A stretch of 53,556 nucleotides of DNA from Candidatus Firestoneibacteriota bacterium. Its GTDB lineage: Bacteria; Oederibacteriota; D2-FULL-39-29; JBDRBU01. Location: the NCBI GenBank assembly GCA_043822305.1, contig JBDRBU010000123.1, positions 1 through 53,556 of the forward strand, given 5' to 3'. The position numbers were made by a program, and so were the translations under genes. A model generated the notes under the pieces. The model had not been told where the DNA came from and searched no databases. It was given only the letters and a program-made list of their open reading frames with translations. Shown here piece after piece: positions 28,880 through 38,830 of this stretch (the first letter of the stretch is position 1; each line of letters opens with the position of its first letter).

Positions 28880-29416
28880 ATGCCAGTATTTTCTAAAAGA
28901 AAACAAATATATGTGAATACAGAGTTACAATTTAAATATTCGGTAATTCTAATAATTGTTGTAACTATAGAATCGGTTATATTGGCAGTTCCTTTTTCAT
29001 ATGCTTTTAAAATGCTTGTTTCAGGGACGGCAGAAAAGCTTTACTTGTTTTATCCAATTTTACTACTTGGACTGGGTATAATTACAGTATTGAATATATT
29101 CCTTGGAGCATTCTTATCCCATAAAATAGCCGGTCCAATATATAATTTTGAGCAGAAAATGAAGGCAATAACAAACGGGGATTTAGGTACTTTTGTTGAA
29201 TTAAGGCAGGGAGATGAACTTAAAGATGTTGAATCTACTTTTAATGAGATGATAAAGGAATTAAAAAAAGCAATACATCAAGATAGAGATACTATAAAAA
29301 AAATAAATGAGAAATTAAAAAAATTAGATGAAAAATTAAATAATGAAGAAACAAGAAAATCTTTGCAAGAAATATCAAATGACATGAAGGAGATTACAGC
29401 ATTTTTTAAACTGTAG
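28880..29416 (+). CDS. 2-TM HAMP-domain protein without output domain
   Basis: Two TM helices, then SHKIAGPI...GDL...LRQGDEL...FNEM HAMP and a short coiled coil. Confidence 0.75.
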   Translation: MPVFSKRKQIYVNTELQFKYSVILIIVVTIESVILAVPFSYAFKMLVSGTAEKLYLFYPILLLGLGIITVLNIFLGAFLSHKIAGPIYNFEQKMKAITNGDLGTFVELRQGDELKDVESTFNEMIKELKKAIHQDRDTIKKINEKLKKLDEKLNNEETRKSLQEISNDMKEITAFFKL

Positions 29417-29454
29417 TAAAATGAGGACAGACACTATTTTTTTGTAATTTTAGG

Positions 29455-29666
29455 GTAAATAGTCAGTAAAAGCCGTGAGGATTATATTTTCATATTCCCC
29501 CTTTGTCAAGGGGGATCAAGGGGGTTGTTGTTATGAATATCTATGACAATACGATATGGAACGGCAACGATTATTAGAATTCATGAAATTTAAGCGTTAA
29601 AAGAACAACCCCCTAACCCCCTTTAAGGGGGAATTAAAAATTAGAGGGCTTTCACTGAATACTTAC
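29455..29666 (+). mobile_element. Complete GTAA-ended MITE (212 bp), 8-bp target duplication ATTTTAGG
   Basis: Terminal inverted repeats GTAAATAGTCAGTAAAAGCC / GGGCTTTCACTGAATACTTAC. Direct repeats at 29447-29454 and 29667-29674. Contains two inverted C/G-run hairpin repeats. Confidence 0.88.
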
Positions 29667-29682
29667 ATTTTAGGAGGTGTAA

Positions 29683-30030
29683 ATGAGGTTTTTGATTTTG
29701 TTAATTTTATTTTCATTCCCTGCTTTTTCAGAGGACTTAATAAACTACCCAAATCCATTTTCTAGTTCACAGACTACAAAATTAAAATATACATTAGTTC
29801 AGGATGCAGAGGTAACTATAAAGATATTTAGTTTATTTGGGGATCTTGTTTACGAGAAAACTATATCAGCGAGTAATACATATGCAAAAGCAGGAGACAA
29901 TGAATTCCCCTGGGATGGGAAAAATGGCCAGGGTGAAGCTGTGAAGAGCGGTGGATATATCTGTAAGATAATTGTAAAATATAGCAATGAAACAAAAATC
30001 CTAAAAAGAAAAATTAGTGTAATAAATTAA
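29683..30030 (+). CDS. Small secreted stand-alone FlgD-Ig/T9SS-CTD-like protein
   Basis: Signal peptide (AFS), then NYPNPFS...IFSLFGDLV...WDGKNGQGEAVKSGGY. Confidence 0.8.
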   Translation: MRFLILLILFSFPAFSEDLINYPNPFSSSQTTKLKYTLVQDAEVTIKIFSLFGDLVYEKTISASNTYAKAGDNEFPWDGKNGQGEAVKSGGYICKIIVKYSNETKILKRKISVIN

Positions 30031-30037
30031 GGGAATT

Positions 30038-31267
30038 ATGAAAAAGATAGCAGTAATTTTATTAATATTTTTGTTAATTAACTTCGTTGAGGGTGGAGAA
30101 GGAGACGGTGGAACTTCTAAAGGGAGTTTTTTAAATTTTGGTTCTTCGGCCAGGTCACTTGCCTTAGCCAATACATTTACTGGTTTATGTGATGATGCCA
30201 GTGCTACTTATTTTAATCCGGCGGGTCTAATGCAATTATCTTATAATGAGATTACAGCACTTCATGTGGTTTTATATGAAGATACATACTATGATTTTAT
30301 TTCGTTTGTGTATCCTACCAGAAAGATAGGTAGTTTTGGATTAAGTTTGGTTTCTTTATATTCTGCAAATTTTGAAAATAGAGATAGTTCAAATAATTCA
30401 TTTGGAACATTTAGCGAGAGTGAAATAGCCGTTATGCTTTCATATGGAAAGGATGTCTCTCCCGATCTTTTCTGGGGAATAAATTTAAAACTTGTTAACG
30501 AAGTAATTTCTTCGTATAAAGACACATCGATTGGAATGGATATAGGATTGCTTTATATCCCATTAGAGTTTTTAAGTCTAGGAGCAAATATCAAAAATAT
30601 TCTGCAACCAAATATTAAATATATAAGTACTTATGAAAGATATCCATTAGATATAAGATTAGGTCTGGCTATAAAACTTTTAAACGATAATTTTATTCTA
30701 GTTTGTGATGGAATAAAAACAGGAGAAAAAAATATTAAACTTAGTAGTGGAATAGAAGTTCATCCAATTTCTTTCTTAACATTTCGTGGTGGAGTAAATG
30801 AAAATGAATGGGCCGCTGGAGTTGGTTTTAAATATGGTGGATATAAATTAGATTATGCTCTTGGAATTAATAACGACTTAGGGTTATCACATAGAATTTC
30901 TTTGTCCTGGATGTTTGGAGTATTTGCTCTGGAAGTAAAATCCTCTGAAACTATATTTTCACCGGTAGGTAAAAGAGATGTAACAAAAATTAAGTTGAAA
31001 GGTACTGGAAAATTTGGTATAAAGAAGTGGGAGTTTAATATAAAAGATGAGAAAGATAATCTAATTAAGAGCATGAAAGGTAAAGGCGAACCACCAGAAG
31101 AACTAAATTGGGATGGAAGAAATGAAAATGGAGAAAGAACACCCGATGGGAAATATACATTTGAATTAAAACTTTATGACAGAATAGGAAATGTTGAAGT
31201 TGCAGGTGAAGAAGTAGAAATAAACACAGTTTTACCTGAAACAAAAACCAAGATGGAGATAAGATGA
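30038..31267 (+). CDS. PorV/PorQ-family (FadL-like) outer-membrane beta-barrel fused to a C-terminal FlgD-Ig domain
   Basis: FLNFGSSARSLALA...DDASATYFNPAGL signature, alternating beta strands ending SHRISLSWMF, then FSP...WDGRNENGERTPDGKY. Confidence 0.8.
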   Translation: MKKIAVILLIFLLINFVEGGEGDGGTSKGSFLNFGSSARSLALANTFTGLCDDASATYFNPAGLMQLSYNEITALHVVLYEDTYYDFISFVYPTRKIGSFGLSLVSLYSANFENRDSSNNSFGTFSESEIAVMLSYGKDVSPDLFWGINLKLVNEVISSYKDTSIGMDIGLLYIPLEFLSLGANIKNILQPNIKYISTYERYPLDIRLGLAIKLLNDNFILVCDGIKTGEKNIKLSSGIEVHPISFLTFRGGVNENEWAAGVGFKYGGYKLDYALGINNDLGLSHRISLSWMFGVFALEVKSSETIFSPVGKRDVTKIKLKGTGKFGIKKWEFNIKDEKDNLIKSMKGKGEPPEELNWDGRNENGERTPDGKYTFELKLYDRIGNVEVAGEEVEINTVLPETKTKMEIR

Positions 31268-34200
31268 TAAGAAAAATTATAATTATATGTCTTTTCTTTA
31301 GCGTTATTTTAAATGCTGATGAAAAGACTGAACGAGAGGATCAGTTTCCTTTAACTGAGAAAACTCAGTATCAGGTGGTATCAAAGCTTTTTGTGGAAAA
31401 TGATGATAAGAAGAATGCTTATTATGAATACAAGAAATTTCTAAAACTCTTTCCTTATTCAGATAAAGCGTTTAAAGCTCAGTATATGCTTGGAGAATGT
31501 TTGTTTATTGAGGCCATTAAAACATTTTCAAATAAGAGCATAAAAGAGCTTTCTATAATTCCAAAAGAATCAGAAGGTCTTGTTATCTTAAAAGAAGAAG
31601 AGCCATTTATTCCTACTTTTGACAAAGCCATAGAAGAGTATATAAAAGTCATCCAAAATTATCCAAAAAACGAGTTGTTTGATGATGCACATTTCAGGAT
31701 ATCTGAATGTTACTATAATAAAGGAGATTATGATAAGGCAATTTCATGGTTTAGACATTTAATAACAAATTATCCGGATTCTTTTTTGAAAGCAGAATCA
31801 ATGTCTAGTCTTGCTTTATGTTATTTAGTCCAGGAAATGTGGGATGAAGCAAATGAAGTATTTCAGCAGTTAGTTTCTATGTATCCTGCGTATAGTAAGG
31901 AAGAAAAAGTTCTTTTTGGATTAGGTCTTATTAATTTTTATAAGAAAGATTATGAGTATGCATTGGATTGTTTAAAAAGGGTAAAATCTCCCGAAGGATA
32001 CTACTATGCCGGTAGATGTTTTGATAAATTAGGTAAGAATTTCTCGGCAGTCGTTAATTATAGAAAAGTAATAGTTGAGTATCCAAAAAGTGATTATGTT
32101 GAAAAATCTTCTTTTTCAATCCCTGAGTCATTTTATCTTTCTACTGATTATTTTTCTGCAATTAGCAGTTTCCAAAAGTTTATTGATAATTTCCCCGAAA
32201 GTAGTTATAAACCATATGCGGCCTATAAAGTTGGATGTAGTTATTTTTTGCAGAAAAACTACACTGAAGCCATAAAAGTTTTTGAGGATTGTAATAAAAA
32301 TTATCCAGGTTCTGAAATATCTCCTTTATGTATGTATCTTACAGGTGAATCCTTGAGAAATATGAATAAGGTTAGCGAAGCAAATGTAATATATGGTCAG
32401 GCAGTATTACAGTATTTTAACAGCGAAGTATCTCCTTACAGTCAGTATAAAATAGGCTGGTGTTATTATACACAGGAAAATTCTATGATGGCTATAGGTG
32501 CTTATGAACAGTTTGATAAAGATTTTAGTAAACATGATTTACGGCCATATAGTTACTTTCTAACCGCAAATAGTTTTTATAAATTAAAAAAATTTGATAA
32601 AGCGTCATATTACTATGGGCTTATTTGTGATAGAATGCCAAATACTTCTCTTTATGAAGTATCACTTTGTATGTTAAATAGCAGTGAATACGAACAACGT
32701 AATTATGACCAAATTGTAACAAATTACCATTTTATAGTGAATAATTTAAAACCAACGGATAATCCCTGGAGAGCAAAGGCTTACTTATTTGTAGCCGATG
32801 CATATTTTAGATATGGGTTATATAAAGATGCTGATGCCGTGTATAATATGATTAAAGAGTATTTCCCAAAATCAGAAGAATCTGTTGAATCCCAGTTTGG
32901 ACTTTCATGGGTAGCAAATGCACAAGGGAAGTTTGATGTAGCCGAGAAAGAAACTCGAAAGGTTTTAGAACATTTTGAAGGAGAAGAAACAAAAGGAAAA
33001 TTAGTTGCCCAGTCTGAGTATGAAGTTGCGAATAATTTATTTAATCAAAAAAAATATGTAGAAGCGTTAGATATTTATGAGAAGTTTGTAAAAGATAATC
33101 CAGATGATTCTAATACTCCAGAGGCAATCTATAGAAGCGGTTTATGTTATTACAGGTTAGAGTACTATAGTTCGGCTATAAAAGCCTGGGAATCCTTGGT
33201 TAATAAATTTAAAAATCATAAAAAAGCCCCAGAATCTTTGTATCAAATAGCCGATACTTATTTTAGAGCACAAAAATATCAAGAGGCAATTGCATCATAC
33301 CATAGACTTATAAACGAATATCCAGATAGTGAATTTGTTAAAGAATCAAAACTAAGAATTGCGCAAAGTTACTATAATGCAAAAGATGATGATCAGGCTA
33401 TAAAAGAGTTTAAAAAATATATTGAAACATATTCAGATGACCCTCAAATCAGTGATGTTATAGAATCAATAGAATCATCCAGTAAAAGAAAATTAGAGTT
33501 AGCTAAAGCACAAACTACAAGTACATCTGGAACAACAATTACATCAGTGTCAGCCCAGACAGTTACAGAGTCCATAGATACATTAAAAGGTATTTTGGAA
33601 AAATATCCTAAGACTAAAATTGCAGGGGAGATTCAATATAAGATCGGCAAAAAATACTTTGATGATAAAATCTATGATAAAGCCCTAGAGGAATTAACTA
33701 GGGTCATAATAAATTATCCGGAAAGTCCTTCAGTGTCTTTAACACAATTTTTTATTGGTGAGTCATATTATAAATTAGGAAAATACGAAGAAGCGTTAAG
33801 TTCATACAACCGATTTGTTTCTAATTTTTCCGAGAACGAGTTTGTCGTAGATGCTTTATTCCATTCAGCAACATCAAATTATAATTTAAAAAAATATGAA
33901 GATGCGGCAAATAGTTATAAGGAGATAATCAAAAAATTTCCAAGTTCTGAGTTTACTTCTGCAGCAGTGTTTAACATGGCCTTAGCGTATAAAAAGGCAA
34001 ATAAGTTAGATGACTCTGCATCAACTTATCTTGATTTTTACAATAAATATCCAAATGATGCTAATGCCTTTCCGGCTTTAATAGAAGTTGGAAATATTTA
34101 TCAAAAACAAAAAAGATATAATGCCGCAATAGATATATACAGAAAAATTCCAATAAAAAGTGGAGACGAACAAAGCGTAGAGATTCAATACCAGATAGGC

Positions 34201-34455
34201 GACTCACTTATAAAGGTTGGTAAAAACGATGGAGCCGAGCAGGAATTTGTTAAATTAATTAATTTACAGCCATTAAATAATGCCTGGAGACTTACTGGTT
34301 TGGCAAAATTAGCAGAAATGTATGAAAATAAAAACAAACTTGATGAAGCCGTAAAAACATATAATGATATTATTGCAAATAGTGGAAAAGAAGAATGGAC
34401 TAATGCCGCAAAGATGCGTATTGAAGCCATCAAGCAACTTCAAATACAAAAATAG
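31264..34455 (+). CDS. Large periplasmic TPR-repeat protein (YfiO/BamD/CpoB-like repeats)
   Basis: Signal peptide and many A.Y..G..YY....Y..A...Y......YP.S repeats. Confidence 0.85.
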   Translation: MIRKIIIICLFFSVILNADEKTEREDQFPLTEKTQYQVVSKLFVENDDKKNAYYEYKKFLKLFPYSDKAFKAQYMLGECLFIEAIKTFSNKSIKELSIIPKESEGLVILKEEEPFIPTFDKAIEEYIKVIQNYPKNELFDDAHFRISECYYNKGDYDKAISWFRHLITNYPDSFLKAESMSSLALCYLVQEMWDEANEVFQQLVSMYPAYSKEEKVLFGLGLINFYKKDYEYALDCLKRVKSPEGYYYAGRCFDKLGKNFSAVVNYRKVIVEYPKSDYVEKSSFSIPESFYLSTDYFSAISSFQKFIDNFPESSYKPYAAYKVGCSYFLQKNYTEAIKVFEDCNKNYPGSEISPLCMYLTGESLRNMNKVSEANVIYGQAVLQYFNSEVSPYSQYKIGWCYYTQENSMMAIGAYEQFDKDFSKHDLRPYSYFLTANSFYKLKKFDKASYYYGLICDRMPNTSLYEVSLCMLNSSEYEQRNYDQIVTNYHFIVNNLKPTDNPWRAKAYLFVADAYFRYGLYKDADAVYNMIKEYFPKSEESVESQFGLSWVANAQGKFDVAEKETRKVLEHFEGEETKGKLVAQSEYEVANNLFNQKKYVEALDIYEKFVKDNPDDSNTPEAIYRSGLCYYRLEYYSSAIKAWESLVNKFKNHKKAPESLYQIADTYFRAQKYQEAIASYHRLINEYPDSEFVKESKLRIAQSYYNAKDDDQAIKEFKKYIETYSDDPQISDVIESIESSSKRKLELAKAQTTSTSGTTITSVSAQTVTESIDTLKGILEKYPKTKIAGEIQYKIGKKYFDDKIYDKALEELTRVIINYPESPSVSLTQFFIGESYYKLGKYEEALSSYNRFVSNFSENEFVVDALFHSATSNYNLKKYEDAANSYKEIIKKFPSSEFTSAAVFNMALAYKKANKLDDSASTYLDFYNKYPNDANAFPALIEVGNIYQKQKRYNAAIDIYRKIPIKSGDEQSVEIQYQIGDSLIKVGKNDGAEQEFVKLINLQPLNNAWRLTGLAKLAEMYENKNKLDEAVKTYNDIIANSGKEEWTNAAKMRIEAIKQLQIQK

Positions 34456-34487
34456 CAGCCAAAGCAAATAATAGGAGGTAGTTAATT

Positions 34488-35096
34488 ATGGAGATGAATT
34501 TTGTAGAAATTTTAAGAACTAGTTTTACGCTTATAATTCTAATACTCTGTTCTATTGTGGCTATTACTTTTATGATAGAGAGATGGTGGTATTATAGAAA
34601 ATGCAAGATAGATGCTAATAGGTTTATGGAAAAAGTGCAAAATCTTGTTGAACAGAGTGCTTATAATGAGGCTATAAGTTTATGCGATAAAACGACCTGT
34701 CCTTTAACCCTTGTTATAAAAGTTGGTATTGTCAATCATAAAAGGGATAAAGAAGATATATCGGAATTAATGGAAAGTAAAAAAATGGAAGAAAGATTAA
34801 AAATGGAAAGATGGCTTGGAATTCTGGGTACTCTTGGAAATACGGCACCATTTATTGGATTGTTTGGTACGGTTATAGGTATTATTAATGCGTTTGGAGC
34901 ATTAGCCGCATCAGGTTCAGGAGGTCCGGCTATTGTGGCTAAAGGAATTGCAGAAGCACTAATTGCCACAGCCGGTGGATTAGTTGTGGCTATCCCCTGT
35001 GTTATGGTTTTTAACTATTTTATGAGAAAAGTTAAAAGAATGACAACAGAAATAGATGTAGCCATGAAAAGATTATTAGTTTATATGAATAAATAG
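34488..35096 (+). CDS. MotA/TolQ/ExbB proton-channel family protein
   Basis: LGTLGNTAPFIGLFGTVIGII, GIAEALIATAGGLVVAIP. Confidence 0.92.
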   Translation: MEMNFVEILRTSFTLIILILCSIVAITFMIERWWYYRKCKIDANRFMEKVQNLVEQSAYNEAISLCDKTTCPLTLVIKVGIVNHKRDKEDISELMESKKMEERLKMERWLGILGTLGNTAPFIGLFGTVIGIINAFGALAASGSGGPAIVAKGIAEALIATAGGLVVAIPCVMVFNYFMRKVKRMTTEIDVAMKRLLVYMNK

Positions 35097-35105
35097 GAGG
35101 TTAAT

Positions 35106-35354
35106 ATGCCAGAGCTTTTAAAGAAGGAAAAAATAAGGATAACTATCGTGACAACAGATTATAAAATCACGGGTGAAATACCAACACATGAAGGTTATCA
35201 CGGTAGACTTTCAGATTTATTGAACGAAGAGAAGAGGTTTTTGAATATATCGGATGTAGAGATGCAATCAAGGGTAGATGATAAATCAATTGTTAGTGCA
35301 AAGTTTTTATGCCTGAATAAGGATGCCATAATCTTAGTCCATCCTGTAGGGTAG
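35106..35354 (+). CDS. Small hypothetical beta-rich protein (resembles DUF6812-type proteins)
   Basis: RBS AGGAGG. Pattern ITGEI...RLSDLLN...FL...D...FLCLNKDAI. No TM, so it is not ExbD. Confidence 0.6.
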   Translation: MPELLKKEKIRITIVTTDYKITGEIPTHEGYHGRLSDLLNEEKRFLNISDVEMQSRVDDKSIVSAKFLCLNKDAIILVHPVG

Positions 35355-35384
35355 TATATACACATATAGAAGGGGAAAATTTTT

Positions 35385-38162
35385 ATGGATTATAGTCAGA
35401 CATTAAATTTACCTTCTACTTCTTTTCCAATGAAAGCAAGTCTAACCAATAAAGAGCCACAGATGCTTTTATTTTGGGAAGAATTAAAGGTTTATAATCT
35501 TATAAGAGAAAAATACAAAGGCAAAGAAAAATTTGTATTGCATGATGGTCCACCATATGCAAATGGAGGCATTCATGTTGGCACAGCTTTGAATAAAATT
35601 TTAAAGGATATTGTGGTTAAATATAAAACAATGAGAGGATATGATTCTCCGTACTTGCCTGGTTGGGACTGTCATGGGATGCCTATAGAACATGAAATTA
35701 TTAAGAAATTTAAAATAGATATAACCAAGATAGAGTTACTTGAATTTAGAAAAAGGTGTAAAGAATATGCTTTACATTTTGTTAATGTTCAGAAAGAACA
35801 GTTTAAAAGATTAGGTGTTTTTGGGGAATGGGAACATCCGTATTTAACTATGGATTTTAAATACGAGACAACCATTATAGATACATTTTTTAATTTAGTT
35901 AAGAATGGCTTTATTTATAAAGGAGATAGACCGGTCTTATGGTGCATAAACTGTAAAACGGCATTAGCCGATGCAGAAGTAGAGTATGATGAAGAAGTCT
36001 CGACAGCAGTTTATGTTAAATTCGAGATAATTGATTCACTTAAAAAAGTAATGGAATCAAATGATGATAAAAAATCTTATTTTTTAATATGGACAACAAC
36101 TCCCTGGACATTACCGGCTAATTTAGCCATTGCTTTAAATCCAGAGATAAATTATTCAATACTTGAGATAAAAAATGAATATTTCATCTTAGCCGATGCT
36201 TTGGTTAATTCTGTAATGCAAAAGGTAAAAATAAATGATTTTAAAATTGTCCAACATGGTATAAAAGGGGCAAAATTCGAAGGGTTAAAATACAAACATC
36301 CATTTATTGAAAGAATTGGTAAGATAATTTTGGGAGAACATGTGACAGAAATTGATGGAACGGGATGTGTTCATACTGCTCCCGGGCATGGGGAAGAAGA
36401 TTTTATTATAGGGAAGAAATATAATTTAGAACCTTTTAGTCCAGTAGATGATTCGGGTAAATTTACAAAAGATATTCCAGACTTATATGGGAAAAAAGTT
36501 TTTGATGCAGATAAAGAAATTGTTGAATTACTTAGGGATAAAAAGGTTTTACTTTTAGATGAAAAATATTCCCATTCGTATCCTCATTGTTGGAGATGTA
36601 GAAAACCGGTGATATATCGAACTACAAAACAGTGGTTTTTGAAGATTGATAATAATGATTTAAGAAAAAAAGTGCTAAATATTATTCCGCGTATTAAATG
36701 GTTCCCGGAAATTGGAGAAAACAGAATAAAGGGGATGGTAGAAAATAGACCCGATTGGTGTCTTTCAAGGCAAAGGTTCTGGGGAGTTCCTATTCCAATA
36801 GTTTATTGTGCAAAATGTGAGAAGCCTTTAATTGAAGATGATGTCTTTAACAAGATAAGAGAGATAGTTTTAAAAGAAGGGACAGATGCCTGGTTTATAA
36901 GAAATGTAAAAGAGTTTTTACCAAAAGGAAAAAAGTGTCCAGAATGCAATGAAGAAGAATTTAAAAAAGAAAAAGATATACTTGATGTTTGGTTTGATTC
37001 ATCTGTTTCTCATTTAGCTGTTTTGAAAGATAATAAAAATTTGTCCTGGCCCGCTGATATGTATTTAGAAGGGTCCGATCAGCACCGGGGATGGTTTCAG
37101 GTATCTTTAATCACTGGAGTTGCCGTAAATAATTTATCCCCGGTTAAAATAGTTTTAACTCATGGTTATGCTGTCGATGGAGTTGGCAAAAAAATGTCAA
37201 AATCTCTGGGTAATCTAATCACTGGAGAAGAAGCATGTAAAAAATATGGAGCAGATATTATAAGATTATGGGTAGCCTCAAGTGATTACAAGGATGATAT
37301 CAGATTTTCTGAAGAAATCTTAGCCAGATTAATGGATGCCTACAGAAAAATAAGAAATACTTTAAGATATTTACTTTCGAATTTATATGATTTTAATCCT
37401 TCCACGGATAAAGTTAATTATGAAAAACTCCCTGATTTAGATAAATATATATTACATAGACTTTCAGAGGTCATAAAGGAGTCAACAGATTTGTTCGAGA
37501 AATATGAATTTTTTAAATTTTATCAGGTAATTTATAATTTTTGTGTGGTTGATTTAAGCGCATTTTATTTAGATATCCTTAAAGATAGAATGTATATTTA
37601 TCCGGCTAATACTTTAGATAGAAAAGCAGGACAGTCGGTCATACATGAAATCCTTGTAAATTTAGTAAAACTTCTTGCTCCAATACTTACTTTTACTTCT
37701 GAGGAAGTTTGGCAGGAGCTAAAGAAATTAGGCGAGAAAGAAGAAAGTATTCATTTAACGGAATGGCCAAAATTTCAGGAAAAATATGTAAATGATGAGA
37801 TAAAAGAAAGGTTTACAAAAATAATCGATTTAAGGGATAAAGTTTTTAAATTACTCGAAGGCTTAAGGAATGATAAAATAATAGGACATCCATATGAGGC
37901 AAAAGTAATAATAAATATTAAAGATGAAAATGATTTTATCTTTTTTAAACAATATGAAAATGATTTACCAAAGATATTTATTGTGTCACAGGTTATTTTA
38001 AATAAAGAAGATAAATTTGAGATTAAAGTAGAAAAAGCGGATGGATTAAAATGTGAAAGATGCTGGAATTATAGTGTTTCTGTTGGATTGGATGAAAAAC
38101 ATAAAACATTATGTGAAAGATGTGTAAATATAATAGAAGTAGATGTAGTCAAGCATCTTTAG
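35385..38162 (+). CDS. ileS: Isoleucyl-tRNA synthetase (type 1)
   Basis: HDGPPYANG, WTTTPWTLP, EGSDQHRGWF, KMSKS, C-terminal CERCW...CERC zinc finger. Confidence 0.98.
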   Translation: MDYSQTLNLPSTSFPMKASLTNKEPQMLLFWEELKVYNLIREKYKGKEKFVLHDGPPYANGGIHVGTALNKILKDIVVKYKTMRGYDSPYLPGWDCHGMPIEHEIIKKFKIDITKIELLEFRKRCKEYALHFVNVQKEQFKRLGVFGEWEHPYLTMDFKYETTIIDTFFNLVKNGFIYKGDRPVLWCINCKTALADAEVEYDEEVSTAVYVKFEIIDSLKKVMESNDDKKSYFLIWTTTPWTLPANLAIALNPEINYSILEIKNEYFILADALVNSVMQKVKINDFKIVQHGIKGAKFEGLKYKHPFIERIGKIILGEHVTEIDGTGCVHTAPGHGEEDFIIGKKYNLEPFSPVDDSGKFTKDIPDLYGKKVFDADKEIVELLRDKKVLLLDEKYSHSYPHCWRCRKPVIYRTTKQWFLKIDNNDLRKKVLNIIPRIKWFPEIGENRIKGMVENRPDWCLSRQRFWGVPIPIVYCAKCEKPLIEDDVFNKIREIVLKEGTDAWFIRNVKEFLPKGKKCPECNEEEFKKEKDILDVWFDSSVSHLAVLKDNKNLSWPADMYLEGSDQHRGWFQVSLITGVAVNNLSPVKIVLTHGYAVDGVGKKMSKSLGNLITGEEACKKYGADIIRLWVASSDYKDDIRFSEEILARLMDAYRKIRNTLRYLLSNLYDFNPSTDKVNYEKLPDLDKYILHRLSEVIKESTDLFEKYEFFKFYQVIYNFCVVDLSAFYLDILKDRMYIYPANTLDRKAGQSVIHEILVNLVKLLAPILTFTSEEVWQELKKLGEKEESIHLTEWPKFQEKYVNDEIKERFTKIIDLRDKVFKLLEGLRNDKIIGHPYEAKVIINIKDENDFIFFKQYENDLPKIFIVSQVILNKEDKFEIKVEKADGLKCERCWNYSVSVGLDEKHKTLCERCVNIIEVDVVKHL

Positions 38163-38167
38163 ATGCT
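38145..38167 (+). repeat. GTAG REP-like variant overlapping the ileS stop
   Basis: GTAGTCAAGCATCTTTAGATGCT, with stem AGCATC/GATGCT and the same CTTTAG core. Confidence 0.55.
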
Positions 38168-38177
38168 GTTGTAATAC

Positions 38178-38299
38178 TGTTGTGATGAATATCTATGACA
38201 ATGCGATATGGAACGACAACGATTATTAAAAGAACAACCCCCTAACCCCCTTTATTAAGGGGGAATTAAAAAATAAAGGGCTTTTTACTGAATATATAC
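38178..38299 (+). mobile_element. 5'-truncated copy of the GTAA-ended MITE
   Basis: GAATATCTATGACAATrCGATATGGAACGrCAACGATTATT, the hairpin repeat and the right end match 29527-29666. Confidence 0.8.
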
Positions 38300-38316
38300 C
38301 ACAAAGGTAAATATAA

Positions 38317-38793
38317 ATGTTAATTTTTTTGTGGACTCCGGTAGTTATATTGCTTGATCAAATTATTAAATTGTTTATTCAGCAAAAATTAGAGTTGAAT
38401 GAGTCTCTAGCCATAATACCTAATATCTTCCATATTACATATATAAGAAATAAAGGAGCTGCTTTTGGTCTCCTGTCAAATCTTCCAGAAGCAATAAGAA
38501 TTCCATTTTTTATAATAACAGGAATTGTATTTCTAATATTTATAATTTATTATTTTAAAAGAATTTTGGAACAAAATACTTCTATAAAATTTTCTTTTTC
38601 ATTAATAACTGGAGGAGCAATAGGTAACTTCATAGATAGAGTTAGATTTGGAGAAGTAATAGATTTTATAGAAGTTGGTCTAAGCGAAAAATACAAATGG
38701 CCAGTTTTTAATCTAGCAGATTCAGCCATTACTATTGGCGTGGTGCTACTTATATTACATTTAATTAAGAATAAAAAACACTTAACAGAATAA
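38317..38793 (+). CDS. lspA: Lipoprotein signal peptidase II
   Basis: NKGAAFG, GGAIGNFIDR, VIDFI, FNLADSAI. Confidence 0.96.
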   Translation: MLIFLWTPVVILLDQIIKLFIQQKLELNESLAIIPNIFHITYIRNKGAAFGLLSNLPEAIRIPFFIITGIVFLIFIIYYFKRILEQNTSIKFSFSLITGGAIGNFIDRVRFGEVIDFIEVGLSEKYKWPVFNLADSAITIGVVLLILHLIKNKKHLTE

Positions 38794-38830
38794 AACACAT
38801 AAGATATACTTATTTTATTGAACGTAAATT

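Noticed and set aside
35574..35585. HVGT instead of HIGH in IleRS as a resistance or inactivation sign
   Set aside because: HxGT variants occur in other IleRS enzymes, and all other motifs are intact.
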